Positions 24,601 to 38,241 of a DNA stretch of 64,000 bases are shown one piece after another. The translations under genes were made by a program, and so were the position numbers. Each line of letters opens with the position of its first letter. Within the stretch, counting starts at the first letter, position 1. The notes beneath the pieces are model-generated. The model worked only from the letters and a program-made list of their open reading frames with translations, had not been told where the DNA came from and made no database searches. Source of the DNA: Eledone cirrhosa (taxonomy: Eukaryota); assembly GCA_964016885.1 (NCBI GenBank), contig OZ024753.1, positions 15,252,001 to 15,316,000 of the forward strand. The letters are read 5' to 3'.

Positions 24601-27140
24601 CCAACTCTCCTCAGAGTTTCTTCTCTGAAAACCGTCTGCTGTCCCACTCTCCTGAGAGTTTCTTCTCTGAAGACCGTCTGCTCTACAACTCTCCTCAGAG
24701 TTTCTTCTCTGAAAACCGTCTGGTGTCCAACTCTCCTGAAAGTTTCTTCTCTGAAGACCGTCTGCTGTCCAACTCTCTTCAGAGTTTCTTCTCTGAAGAC
24801 CGTCTGCTGTCCAACTCTCCTCAGAGTTTCTTCTCTGAAGACCATCTGCTGTCCAACTCTCCTCAGAGTTTCTTCTCTGAAAACCGTCTGCTGTCCAACT
24901 CTCCTCAGAGTTTCTTCTCTGAAAACCGTCTGCTCTCCAACTCTCCTGAGAGTTTCTTCTCTGAAGACCGTCTGCTGTCCAACTCTCCTCAGAGTTTCTT
25001 CTCTGAATACCGTCTGCTGTCCAACTCTCCTCAGAGTTTCATCTCTGAAAACCGTCTGCTGTCCAACTCTCCTGAGAGTTTCTTCTCTGAATACCGTCTG
25101 CTGTCCAACTCTCCTCAGAGTTTCTTCTCTGAATACCGTCTGCTGTCCAACTCTCATCAGATTTTCTTCTCTGAAAACCGTCTGCTCTCCAACTCTCCTG
25201 AGAGTTTCTTCTCTGAAGACCGTCTGCTGTCCAACTCTCCTCAGAGTTTCTTCTCTGAAAACCGTCTGCTCTCCAACTCTCCTGAGAGCTTCTTCTCTGA
25301 ATACCGTCTGCTGTCCAACTCTCCTCAGAGTTTCTTCTCTGAAGACCGTCTGTTGTCCAACTCTCCTCAGAGTTTCTTCTCTGAATACCGTCTGCTGTCC
25401 AACTCTCCTCAGAGTTTCTTCTCTGAAGACCGTCTGCTGTCCAACTCTCCTCAGAGTTTCATCTCTGAAAACCGTCTGCTGTCCAACTCTCCTGAGAGTT
25501 TCTTCTCTGAAAACCGTCTGCTGTCCAACTCTCCTGAGAGTTTCTTCTCTGAAGACCTTCTGCTGTCCAACTCTCTTCAGAGTTTCTTCTCTGAAAACCG
25601 TCTGCTGTCCAACTCTCCTCAGAGTTTCATCTCTGAAAACCGTCTGCTGTCCAACTCTCCTGAGAGTTTCTTCTCTGAATACCGTCTGCTGTCCAACTCT
25701 CCTCAGAGTTTCTTCTCTGAATACCGTCTGCTGTCCAACTCTCATCAGATTTTCTTCTCTGAAAACCGTCTGCTCTCCAACTCTCCTGAGAGTTTCTTCT
25801 CTGAAGACCGTCTGCTGTCCAACTCTCCTCAGAGTTTCTTCTCTGAAAACCGTCTGCTCTCCAACTCTCCTGAGAGCTTCTTCTCTGAATACCGTCTGCT
25901 GTCCAACTCTCCTCAGAGTTTCTTCTCTGAAGACCGTCTGTTGTCCAACTCTCCTCAGAGTTTCTTCTCTGAATACCGTCTGCTGTCCAACTCTCCTCAG
26001 AGTTTCTTCTCTGAAGACCGTCTGCTGTCCAACTCTCCTCAGAGTTTCATCTCTGAAAACCGTCTGCTGTCCAACTCTCCTCAGAGTTTCTTCTCTGAAG
26101 ACCTTCTGCTGTCCAACTCTCCTCAGAGGTTCTTCTCTGAAGACCGTCTGCTGTCCAACTCTCCTCAGAGTTTCTTCTCTGAAAACCGTCTGCTGTCCCA
26201 CTCTCCTGAGAGTTTCTTCTCTGAAGACCTTCTGCTGTCCAACTCTCCTCAGAGTTTCTTCTCTGAAGACCGTCTGCTGTCCAACTCTCCTGAGAGTTTC
26301 TTCTCTGAAGACCGTCTGCTGTCCAACTCTCCTCAGAGTTTCTTCTCCGAAGACCGTCTGCTGTCCAACTCTCCTCAGAGTTTCTTCTCTGAAAACCGTC
26401 TGCTGTCCAACTCTCCTCAGAGTTTCTTCTCTGAATACCGTCTGCTGTCCAACTCTCCTGAGAGTTTCTTCTCTGAAGACCGTCTGCTGTCCAACTCTCC
26501 TCAGAGTTTCATCTCTGAAAACCGTCTGCTGTCCAACTCTCCTGAGAGTTTCTTCTCTGAAGACCTTCTGCTGTCCAACTCTCTTCAGAGTTTCTTCTCT
26601 GAAAACCGTCTGCTGTCCAACTCTCCTCAAAGTTTCTTCTCTGAAGACCGTCTGATGTCCATCTCTCCTCAGAGTTTCTTCTCTGAAAACCGTCTGCTGT
26701 CCAACTCTCCTCAGAGTTTCTTCTCTGAAGACCGTCTGCTGTCCAACTCTCCTCAGAGTTTCTTCTCTGAAAACCGTCTGCTGTCCAACTCTCCTGAGAG
26801 TTTCTTCTCTGAAGACCGTCTGCTGTCCAACTCTCTTCAGAGTTTCTTCTCTGAAAACCGTCTGCTGTCCAACTCTCCTCAGAGTTTCTTCTCTGAAGAC
26901 CGTCTGTTGTCCAACTCTCCTGAGAGTTTCTTCTCTGAAGACCTTCTGCTGTCCAACTCTCCTCAGAGTTTCTTCTCTGAAGACCGTCTGTTGTCCAACT
27001 CTCCTCAGAGTTTCTTCTCTGAAGACCGTCTGCTGTCCAACTCTCCTCAGAGTTTCTTCTCTGAAAACCGTCTGCTGTCCAACTCTCCTCAGAGTTTCTT
27101 CTCTGACGACCGTCTGCTGTCCAGACTCCTGAGAGTTTTT
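21679..27140. repeat. 42-bp tandem satellite, about 130 copies
   Basis: Unit agagtttcttctctgaagaccgtctgctgtccaactctcctc. The 14-codon period explains the long repetitive ORFs in several frames. Confidence 0.97.
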
Positions 27141-27332
27141 TTACTACCAAGAAAACGTGGTGTGCTAATGTGTGCAGATGATATAAAACAGTTTACCAAA
27201 TAGGGTGAAGATCCTTAAAGTCGGAAAATGAAGTTGCCATCCCTCGCTACGAGGAATTTTAGTCAATTAACTAAATAGCCAAATGAATGTACATCACAAA
27301 AATTAGAGAGGTTTTATTATTAGTTATATTCA

Positions 27333-27545
27333 AGGGCGGTTGATTGGCAGTATCGGTAGAGAGTAGGATAGCATGCTTTGCAACATAGTTACGGCCCTTT
27401 ATGATCTGCGTTCAAATCCCGCCGAGGTTAACTTTGCCTTTCATCCTTACGGGGTCGATAAAATAAAGTACCAGTCATGCACCAGGTCGATTTAATCGAC
27501 TTTCCCCTCCCCCAATATTGCTGGCCTTGTGCCTATACTAGAAAT
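27333..27545 (+). mobile_element. SINE family A
   Basis: gggcggttgattggcagtatcggtag...gttcaaatcccgccgagg...ggggtcgataaaataaagtaccag...ggccttgtgcc. Confidence 0.9.
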
Positions 27546-27562
27546 CATCATCCTGCTTAATA

Positions 27563-27733
27563 TATTCAAGTGTTGGCTGAAAGGTTCATATCCTGACTAA
27601 GAAGGAGTGATGGTAGAGCTGTGAAATCTTACATGCCTTAATTTCAACTCTTCTGTGTTGGAAACTAAACCTCATTTGGTCATTCCATGAGAGTATCTTG
27701 GTCAGCCTATAAACGTTTCAGCTGACCCTTGTA
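27563..27733. mobile_element. Mariner-like MITE
   Basis: TIR-like caagtgttggctgaaaggttcata / tataaacgtttcagctgacccttgta. Homologous to 4194-4367. Confidence 0.6.
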
Positions 27734-27861
27734 CAGTGGATACGATAGAAAGATTCCTCTATAGACAGAATGATAGTGGTAGATAAATGGACAATAATCT
27801 CTGAAATACGTAAAAGTAATCGTTTATTTTTTGTTTTGTATACAGGGTGAATGTTGTAAAG

Positions 27862-28153
27862 CAGGGGCGTGCAACAGGCGGCCCACGGGCCACAATCCCG
27901 CGATTACCGTTTTTAATTTTTACCTTGTAGGTTTATTTAGAATTTTTTTCGTAACCATAATACAATTTTCTGTTAGTTGACCTATTCTAAAGAGCTTCAC
28001 TGATAGGGTTATGTGTGTTATAATTTCCCAGTTCCATGCTATGGAAAGAAGATATGGTTTTCATTAGATTACATATTTTTGACAGTGACTGGCCCTAATA
28101 GTTGTTCCAATGTTCAAAAGTGGCCCGCCGATGGAATATGTTGCACACCCCTG
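27862..28153. mobile_element. hAT (Charlie-like) MITE
   Basis: TIRs caggggcgtgcaaca / tgttgcacacccctg, subterminal ggccc motifs, 8-bp TSD ttgtaaag / gtgtaaag (7 of 8 match). Confidence 0.85.
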
Positions 28154-28660
28154 GTGTAAAGTATATGCACTTAATTTATTTCAAAGCAAAGGCTTCTAAT
28201 TCAAAGACAGTTTACTTTAAGTTTTTCTACATAATATATTTTTTTAAGTCTTCGTCGGAAGAGGGAAATTCAACGTACATGAGTTATTTTATATAGTCTC
28301 GTGACTTGTGTGAGCGAGGGCGGAAGTTCTACTTAAACTGAAGAACTTCTCCGAATCCCTGCATCAGAGTTGACCCCGCTAAAAGTATTCACATGTTGGG
28401 TGGTGGTATTAATCCCGACTAACACAGGTGAAGTAGGAGACTAATTCAATATACATGCAGCAATAGGGATCGTTCATATTCCAGCAATTGGGATAGGTGT
28501 TCATATTAAGGATGTCCTCCGCCAACCAATCATGTGGCCCTGTAAAGGATATAGGCACTGTCTTGCTCTTCCCCCTCTAACTAAACTGTAAAAAATAGAA
28601 TGGTCATATGAACGTGTTAGTAGCACTTGGAGGTGAGTTCTAAAGTCTAAAGTCTGTCTT

Positions 28661-29310
28661 AAGCCAGAAGACTCATTTGGCCGGTGCTTATCCCGGTTTC
28701 ATGGCGTGAAGCGACTGAGAGTACAAGACTCCCCCCTGGACAAGACACCAGTCAACTATTGCTGGTACTCATTTTCAGCTGAGTATACTGGAGCAACGTG
28801 TAATGAAGTGTTTTGCTCAAGAACACAACACTCAACACAGGAATCGAACCGGCGACATTATGATCGTAGGAGGGCGGTGGATTGGCAGTATCGGTAGAGG
28901 GTCGGACGCCATGCTTTCCAGCATAGTTACGTCCCTTTACGATCCGAGTTCAAATCCCGCCGAGGTTGACTTTGCCTTTCATCCTTACGGGGTCGATAAA
29001 ATAAAGTACCAGTAATGCACTGGGATAATTGCTGATCTTGTGCCAAAAGTATACACTATTATTATTATTATTGTTACTGGCCTTGTGACTATATTAGAAA
29101 TCATTATTATTATTATTGTTTGCAGCATAGAGTTATGACCCTTTACGTTCTGAGTTCAAATTCCGCCGAGGTTAATTTTGCCTTTCATCCTTACGGGGTC
29201 GATAAAATAAAGTACCAGTAATGCACTGGGTAATTGCTGGCCTTGTGCCAAACGTATAAACAATTATGATCGTAAGTCCAACACCTTTACCACTTGGCCA
29301 CATGCCTTCA
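28661..29310 (-). mobile_element. SINE family B interrupted by tandem family A SINEs (28871-29262, plus strand)
   Basis: Host pieces gttttgctcaagaacacaac..ggaatcgaacc and cctttaccacttggccacatgccttc. Duplicated attatgatcgta at 28857-28868 and 29263-29274. Confidence 0.85.
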
Positions 29311-29647
29311 CTCTGTGTGTGTGTGCATGTGTATGTGCCTATGTATGTGTGTGTGCATTTGTGTATGCATGTGTGTGTGTGTGTGTGTGTATGTGTGTTG
29401 GCGCGCGCGCGTACTCTTTCCAAAGTTATTCTGCCTTGTCTATTCAACCTAGTTCTAGTTAGAACGACATTAGATATAAATAGAAAGCCCGTACCTGCTG
29501 TCTGCCACACTGTAGTAATTGGTGTGGAAGAGAGACGATATCAAGTCTCTCTATATGTAATCCACGCCGCTATCTCACTTTCTCTCTTTATATAACTATC
29601 ATTTTCACTTGAGCATTTACTCGACACGTGCTCTCATCCGGAACAAA

Positions 29648-29682
<35 letters not shown>

Positions 29683-29802
29683 TTACATATATGTGCGTAT
29701 GTGTGTGTGTGTGTAGATAAATATCGGCCAAATGTGCCTTCTGGCTTAAGACAGACTTTAGACATTCGAACTCACCTCCAAGTGCTATTAACACGTTCAT
29801 AT

Positions 29803-29865
<63 letters not shown>

Positions 29866-29868
<3 letters not shown>

Positions 29869-30318
29869 TTGTCCTCCGGTATTCCCGAGGGTTACGTTCC
29901 TAGAGCCCCCGCGAAAGGGGAAAAATCGCGAATATTGGACGTGGTACATAAAAATACATATAACGATCAAAATATAAAGTAAAATATAATTGTTTCTACT
30001 TTTGGCACAAGGCCAGCAATTACCCCCCAGTACATTAGTGGAACTTTTATTTTATCGACCCCGTAAGGATGAAAGGCAAAGTTAACCTCGGCGGGATTTG
30101 AACTCAGACCGTAAAGGGACGTAACTATGCTGGAAAGCATGGTGTCCGACCCTCTACTGATACTGCCAATTCACCGCCCATGAAAAATTCGTGAAGTTAT
30201 TTACGATTCCGCGAATATATGGTGGTTTCTACGAACAATTATGAGTTAGGTTCTAAGTAAAATGCCGCGAATAAGCAGGACCATGAATGTAGGGACCACG
30301 AATGCTGGGGTTACACTG
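29866..30318. mobile_element. Tigger/pogo-like MITE with a nested family A SINE (29988-30179, minus strand)
   Basis: TA-flanked ends cagttgtcctccggtattc..gggttacgttcc..ccccgcgaa and gaatgctggggttacactg. Full SINE inside. Confidence 0.7.
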
Positions 30319-30352
<34 letters not shown>

Positions 30353-30461
30353 TATATATAAGCCTAAGAAAATTAACACGGAAGGACAAGACAACGAAAG
30401 GAAACAATTTAAGGGGAAACCTTTAAACAATTATTTTTGAAAATATATATACAAATGTAAG

Positions 30462-32657
30462 GTCGTATAACTATGTATTGGAATATACTAACGTGGTATA
30501 ACTATGTATTGGAATATACTAACGTGGTATAACTATGTGTTGGAATATACTAACGTGGTATAACTATGTATTGGAATATACTAACGTGGTATAACTATGT
30601 ATTGGAATATACTAACGTGGTATAACTATGTATTGGAATATACTAACGTCGTATAACTATGTATTGGAACATACTAACGTGGTATAACTATGTATTGGAA
30701 CATACTAACGTGGTATAACTAAGTGTTGGAACATACTAACGTGGTATAACTATGTGTTGGAATATACTAACGTGGTATGACTATGTGTTGGAACATACTA
30801 ACGTGGTATAACTATGTGTTGGAATATACTAACGTCGTATAACTATGTATTGCAACATACTAACGTGGTATAACTATGTGTTGGAATATACTAACGTGGT
30901 ATAACTATGTGTTGGAATATACTAACGTGGTATGACTATGTATTGGAATATACTAACGTGGTATAACTAAGTGTTGGAATATACTAACGTGGTATAACTA
31001 TGTATTGGAATATACTAACGTGGTATAACTAAGTGTTGGAATATACTAACGTGGTATAACTATGTATTGGAACATACTAACGTGGTATAACTAAGTGTTG
31101 GAATATACTAACGTGGTATAACTAAGTGTTGGAATATACTAACGTGGTATAACTAAGTGTTGGAATATACTAACGTGGTATAACTATGTATTGGAATATA
31201 CTAACGTGGTATAACTATGTGTTGGAATATACAAACGTGGTATAACTAAGTGTTGGAATATACTAACGTGGTATAACTATGTGTTGGAATATACTAACGT
31301 GGTATAACTATGTGTTGGAATATACTAACGTGGTATAACTATGTGTTGGAATATACTAACGTGGTATAACTATGTGTTGGAATATACTAACGTGGTATAA
31401 CTAAGTGTTGGAATATACTAACGTGGTATAACTAAGTGTTGGAATATACTAACGTGGTATAACTATGTGTTGGAATATACTAACGTGGTATAACTATGTG
31501 TTGGAACATACTAACGTGGTATAACTAAGTGTTGGAATATACTAACGTGGTATAACTAAGTGTTGGAATATACTAACGTGGTATAACTAAGTGTTGGAAT
31601 ATACTAACGTGGTATAACTAAGTGTTGGAATATACTAACGTGGTATAACTAAGTGTTGGAATATACTAACGTGGTATAACTATGTGTTGGAACATACTAA
31701 CGTGGTATAACTATGTATTGGAACATACTAACGTGGTATAACTATGTGTTGGAACATACTAACGTGGTATAACTATGTATTGGAACATACTAACGTGGTA
31801 TAACTAAGTGTTGGAATATACTAACGTGGTATAACTATGTATTGGAATATACTAACGTGGTATAACTATGTGTTGGAATATACTAACGTGGTATAACTAA
31901 GTGTTGGAATATACTAACGTGGTATAACTAAGTGTTGGAATATACTAACGTGGTATAACTAAGTGTTGGAATATACTAACGTGGTATAACTAAGTGTTGG
32001 AATATACTAACGTGGTATAACTAAGTGTTGGAATATACTAACGTGGTATAACTATGTGTTGGAACATACTAACGTGGTATAACTATGTATTGGAACATAC
32101 TAACGTGGTATAACTATGTGTTGGAACATACTAACGTGGTATAACTATGTATTGGAACATACTAACGTGGTATAACTAAGTGTTGGAATATACTAACGTG
32201 GTATAACTATGTATTGGAATATACTAACGTGGTATAACTATGTGTTGGAACATACTAACGTGGTATAACTATGTATTGGAACATACTAACGTGGTATAAC
32301 TATGTATTGGAATATACTAACGTGGTATAACTATGTATTGGAACATACTAACGTGGTATAACTATGTATTGGAACATACTAACGTGGTATAACTAAGTGT
32401 TGGAATATACTAACGTGGTATAACTATGTATTGGAATATACTAACGTGGTATAACTATGTGTTGGAATATACTAACGTGGTATAACTAAGTGTTGGAATA
32501 TACTAACGTGGTATAACTATGTGTTGGAATATACTAACGTGGTATAACTAAGTGTTGGAATATACTAACGTGGTATAACTAAGTGTTGGAATATACTAAC
32601 GTGGTATAACTAAGTGTTGGAATATACTAACGTGGTATAACTAAGTGTTGGAATATA
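30462..32657. repeat. 31-bp tandem satellite, about 70 copies
   Basis: Unit tactaacgtggtataactatgtattggaata with three main variable positions. Confidence 0.97.
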
Positions 32658-32699
32658 CGTGCTAACGATTCTATCACTCCATCATCGCCATTATATTCA

Positions 32700-33012
32700 T
32701 CATCTTCATCATCCTTCAACTCCTTGTTGGCAGTCGGAACTCTCTTGACAATTATTTTCCACACTGTTACATAAGGGACATAAGGGATCTGTCCCCAGAT
32801 CCCTTATGTCCAGCCCTGAGTCCCGAGCTATGCTGTCTGGGAAAGTCATTTCTTGTGAATAGACACATCGAGAGAGATGCCACAGACGGAGAGATGAAAT
32901 GATTTCTTTGTCAGCTCGATGACAGTGACCAGCAAACTGTAGTCTTTTTTGCTTGAGTCTGAGGGATATTGGAATCAAATCTCTGTAGATGGTTTCAAGT
33001 GTTGCGTGTGAT
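32700..33012 (-). mobile_element. RTE LINE 3'-end fragment
   Basis: ORF 32709-32978 PISLRLKQKRLQFAGHCHRADKEIISSL resembles the RTE C-terminal RL.(W/F).GH motif, followed by a (gat)n-like tail. Confidence 0.75.
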
Positions 33013-33288
33013 CTACAGAGTCTGGAACTTGCTGTTGAAACGGCAGGAACTCAGCTGTCGGGGTCCTGACTCATCCATACAACCACACTCGACAAATTCT
33101 TGTATGGAATACTCTGGTGAGTAATGGTTATACAGGTTTCATACTGAATCCTTCTTGATTTATATTTCTTCATAGGAGCCTTTTAATCTTATAGCCTGGT
33201 TTAATTGATTTTTTATGTGGTTAATTATGCTAATTGGGAGAGGAAATGGTGTATATATATTATCAAATGATTCTATGGATATACTTCA

Positions 33289-33332
<44 letters not shown>

Positions 33333-33804
33333 GAAAAATGGCGTGCTGCGTTGTTGCGAATGTGATACATTAGAATTAAAAAGGAATAAAAAAAATAAAA
33401 AAATAGAATGGGACTATCCCTCATCAGTGATCTTCTGGCCATCATAGGTATTTCTTCGCATAAAGACCAGATACCTCAGACCAGTGCGAACAACAACTAA
33501 AATAAATTATTGAGATAAAAAGAATTGGGTGGAGAAAGAGAGACAGGTAAACAAACAAAAATGGTGACGCAACGTAAAGAGCGGAAAACGAGAAAACAAG
33601 TCAGTGATACATCTGAGCATAAGAACGAGCGAATCCGTGACGAGAAGACGACAGACGCCATGCAAAATATGAGCGAGAAAAGAATATCACACGGGTAGGA
33701 TGGGGGAAGTGAGAGAGAGTGAGTAGCAGAGAGTGAGTGAGTGAAAGTGTGAGGAAGTGGCTAGCCGAGAGAGGGTGACTAGCAGAGGGGGTGAATGAAA
33801 GTAA

Positions 33805-33869
<65 letters not shown>

Positions 33870-33924
33870 AATGATATTAATAAATGGAAACTATATTTAT
33901 AAAACCATATTTATTCATATTTCA

Positions 33925-34088
33925 AGGTCGGACGCCATGCTTTGCAGCAACGAGTTACAGCCCTTTATGGTCTGAGTTCAAATCCCGCCGATGTTAACTT
34001 TGCCTTTCATCCTTACGGGGTCGATAAAATAAAGTACCAGTAATGCACTGGGTAATTGCTGGCCTTGTGCCAAAAGTAGAAACAATTA
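33925..34088 (+). mobile_element. SINE family A, 5'-truncated
   Basis: gagttcaaatcccgccg..ggggtcgataaaataaagtaccag..gtagaaacaatta. Confidence 0.9.
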
Positions 34089-34310
34089 TATATATTTCAA
34101 GGGTACCAAAACTTTGGTACGCTCTCATCAGATAAAATACAAAAAGTTTGTTTTATAAATATTGACTTATTCAGGAATGATACCTTAACGGTTCCAGTTT
34201 CGCCCATTAATATCATTGATATTATACTCCAGAAAATCTGTCGAGTGCTTCGAAACTGTATATATACTGTATATATTTGTTGAATTACCAACAAATTAAA
34301 TATCCATTTA

Positions 34311-34372
<62 letters not shown>

Positions 34373-34542
34373 TAACAGATTTAAGTTTAAGCAAAGAATC
34401 GCTGCTTTCACCCTTAACGAGATCTTCTGAAACTAACAAAGTCAATCTGTAAACGCAGAAGTAACGGGATTTTAGTCTTCAAATTTATATATTTATCCTT
34501 ATCGAGCCCTCTTTGGATTTTAGTCTTCAAATTTATTATTAT

Positions 34543-34582
<40 letters not shown>

Positions 34583-34668
34583 CAAAGGAATTGTGGTAAG
34601 GAACCAGATGGACCATAACGCACCAGAGTACTCAATACTTAGGGTAGTAGAGTGGAGTCATACTTTTT

Positions 34669-34753
<85 letters not shown>

Positions 34754-35191
34754 CTGTGTGTGTATTCATATATTTAGAACATTGAACTAGAAATGCCAGT
34801 GCCAGCTTATTTTCAGCTTAGTCGTTGCTTGGCGACAGAGTCACACTAAGAATATTATCGTAAAATCGTAAAAATATATTGTGAAAACGATAATATCAAA
34901 AGTAAAATGAAAAATATAAAACTAAAACTAACTGAACGTTGCAGTAAAACGTTGAAGACTGGTTCTTGACTGTCGTTTGTGTCACATTGCAAGAAATGTG
35001 AAGACGATACTGTAAAGCAAAGGTGACATCTGCCTCACCCATCTTGCAGAGGGTGTGTAAAATGGATCGATTCGTAATCGAAACCGCATCTCGAACATGG
35101 AACTTAACACATTTTCTTAGCGAAGATACGAAATAGATTATTGTAAAATGTAATGAGGTGTGTTGTCAAATCTCTCTCTCTCTCTACCCCC

Positions 35192-35305
<114 letters not shown>

Positions 35306-35369
35306 TCTCTCTCTCTCTCTTTAATTTTATTTCTTAGCTCATAATACATATGCTCATACACACACACAC

Positions 35370-35430
<61 letters not shown>

Positions 35431-35835
35431 TGGTATCCACCTGTTTAAGTTCAACACACACACACATATATATAGAGAGAGATTAGAATGAACATATAAT
35501 TAAATAAATAAATCCATTTATCTACGTGTAATATATCAATAATTATTTATCTGTAATCCCTCTCTATGTAACAATACATACGAAAATGCCTATCTTATTA
35601 TTGTAATGATATTTAGTATTCATACTCAGATATCACAGGTTTCCTAAACATAGGTACTCCAGAAATTATGTTTCTTCTTTCATCTTAGTAACACCCAAGA
35701 GAACACCCAAGTAGATGTATATCTGCCTTGTATTTTCCAGGCGAACACCTTGAAATTCTTTTCTCCTTTTCATTAACACGAACTGTGTTTTGGTATTTAT
35801 ATCTGTGTTAGTCATTTTCATTATATATATATATA

Positions 35836-35949
35836 TAACGAAGGAAATGTGGTAAGGAACCAGGTGGACCATAACGTACCAAAGTACTCGATACTTAGGG
35901 TAGTAGAGTGGGTAATAGGAACCAGTAAGACCCCGGGGTCTTTCTGGTT

Positions 35950-35983
<34 letters not shown>

Positions 35984-36165
35984 AAAAGTATGACCCCGAC
36001 GGCAGAGCTCAAGCCGTTTCGACGGCTATTTCCAAAAATAGCCGTCGAAACGGCTTGAGCTCTGCCGTCTGGGTCATATTTTTTCCTATTTCCCACTCTA
36101 CTACCCTAAGTATTGAGTACTCTGGTGCGTTATGGTCCATCTGGTTCCTTACCACAATTCCTTTG

Positions 36166-36239
<74 letters not shown>

Positions 36240-36540
36240 ACACACCCATGAAAATCATGCCTTATCGGTCGGAAATTCACTGGATAGTCTATATATATAT
36301 ATATATGTATATCATAGAAAAAAGAGAATCAGTGTTGCGACGAAAGAAATTTATTGGACATATTACAATTGTTTCTCGGGCGACCAGCTCGAGGCACGAT
36401 CGATGCGATGATCAAACCTGACTCTGAAATCGCGCGGTCCTCGGATATGTCTCGATTCCATGAAGCAGATTTCGGCCTACCGCATACGGACGCTTTAAGT
36501 ATCCAACACCAATCATCTCTCTCTCTCTCTCTCTCTCTCC

Positions 36541-36590
<50 letters not shown>

Positions 36591-36800
36591 CGAAGGAAGT
36601 GTGGTAAGGAACCAGGTGGATCATAACGCACTAGAGTACTCAATACTTAGGGTAGTAGAGTGGGTAATAGGAAAATGTTCAAGACCACGACGGCAGAGCT
36701 CAAGCCGTTTCGACGGGTATTTCTGGACCAAGAAATAGCCGGTCCAGAAATAGCCGTCGAAACGGCTTGAGCTCTTCCATCGGGGTCTTGAACATTTTCC
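35836..36800. mobile_element. Cluster of three half-hammerhead hairpin elements (35836-35952, 35981-36168, 36588-36800) separated by (TA)n
   Basis: Each has the aacgaagga..ggtaaggaaccag..gggtagtagagtgggtaatagg tail. Hairpins differ in length. Confidence 0.8.
36357..36451 (-). ncRNA. Hammerhead motif with long stem II and core variant CCGAGGA
   Basis: Minus strand: gacatat-CCGAGGA-(about 60 nt)-GAAA-CAATTG-TA-atatgtc. Perfect 7-bp stem I, palindromic stem III. Confidence 0.65.
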
Positions 36801-36833
<33 letters not shown>

Positions 36834-36849
36834 ATCTATATATAATTAT

Positions 36850-37240
36850 AATTGTTTCTACTTTTGGCATAAGGCCAGCAATTACCCAGGACATTACTGC
36901 TAATTTATTTTATCGACCCTGTAAGGATGAAAGGCAAAGTTAACTTCGACAGGATTTGAACTCAGAATGGCAAGGGCCGTAACTCTATGCGTCAAAGCAT
37001 GGCGTCCGACCCTCTACCGATACTGCCAATTCACCCCCTATATATATATATATATATATAATTGTTTCTACTTTTGGCACAAGGCCAGCAAATACCCAGT
37101 GCATTACTGGTACTTTATTTTATCGACCCCGGAAGGATGAAAGGCAAAGTTAACCTCGGCGGGATTTGAACTCAGATCATACAGGGAGGTAGCTCTATGC
37201 TTCAAAGCATGGCATCCGACCCTCTACCAATACTGCCAAA
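36850..37240 (-). mobile_element. Two tandem family A SINEs (36850-37038, 37060-37240)
   Basis: Both match the family consensus on the minus strand and are separated by (TA)n. Confidence 0.9.
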
Positions 37241-37367
37241 TTCAGGACCCCGACGGCTGAGCTCCAGCCGTTTCGACAGCTGAATCCGAGTCTGGGTCCT
37301 GAATCTTTTCATATTCCCCACTATACCACCCCAAGTGTTGAGTACTCTGGTATCTTACAACACTCTC

Positions 37368-37439
<72 letters not shown>

Positions 37440-37467
37440 CATTTTTAAAATGACTAACACATGTTAA

Positions 37468-37561
37468 AACATAACTGAGGAGCTTCCGATTCCAGAGTCA
37501 GGTTCGATCATCAATAGATCGTTCCTCGAGCTGATCGACAGTGAAACATATGTAATATGTT
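37468..37561 (+). ncRNA. Hammerhead motif with long stem II
   Basis: aacataa-CTGAGGA(37475-37481)-(about 60 nt)-GAAA(37543-37546)-CATATG-TA-atatgtt. Homologous to 36357-36451 (shared cagagtcaggtt.gatcatc..ctcgagctg). Confidence 0.68.
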
Positions 37562-37911
37562 ATTAAATATGTATATGATGCAACATTGATTCTTAGTTCC
37601 TTCATATATTAATACGATATATATGCACATATATACACATATATACACATATATACACACACACATATATATATATATGTAATCTGAGTTTTTCGAATAT
37701 TAATAATAATATTTTATTCATTTGCAATTCTGCAAACAGCCTCTTTACAGCCATGTCATTAGAATGACTCCGTCATTCTTGCTCTTGTGTTGGCATGTAA
37801 ACAGAACAGTTATATATATATATATATATATATATGAAAACAGGGAGAAATAGACGATTATTAGGAAGAAAATATATTTTTTTCCCCAGATATATATATA
37901 TATATATATAT

Positions 37912-38241
37912 GTAGGAGGTGAGTTTTATTGTAGTACAATAAAGCAATGCAGATATCGGATAAGAAGCACTCTACAGTTTGTAGGACTGGAGTATACATA
38001 ATATATAAGATCAAAAGATGGTTAAATGAGTTTCATGTATTTTATTATGTAATTCAACATATGTTGATTTAAATCAACATATGTTGAATTAAAACTGCAC
38101 TATCCACAAGTGTTTTTAACCTTCATATCATGTCCTCCTATTTTATCTGATGAAAACACAAATGTTATTGCATGATGATATTTGTTTTTGAAATGCGCAT
38201 AATAATATTTTTGGAACTCATTTAACCATCTTTTGATCTTA

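Noticed and set aside
21679-27140. CTGAGGA and GAAAC both occur on the minus strand of the 42-bp unit
   Set aside because: No pairing for stems I, II or III around them, so a coincidental hammerhead-like word match.
22288-27203. Very long ORFs (1455, 938, 870 aa)
   Set aside because: Products of a 42-bp unit that is open in several frames on both strands. Frame switches at single-base deletions and no domain content.
27333-27430. Possible tRNA genes at SINE heads
   Set aside because: A/B boxes are followed by SINE body and tail in many diverged copies, with no complete cloverleaf.
30462-32657. CRISPR-like regular repeats (also 1-1760 and 41605-48688)
   Set aside because: Units are directly adjacent with no unique spacers, there are no cas genes, and the context is eukaryotic.
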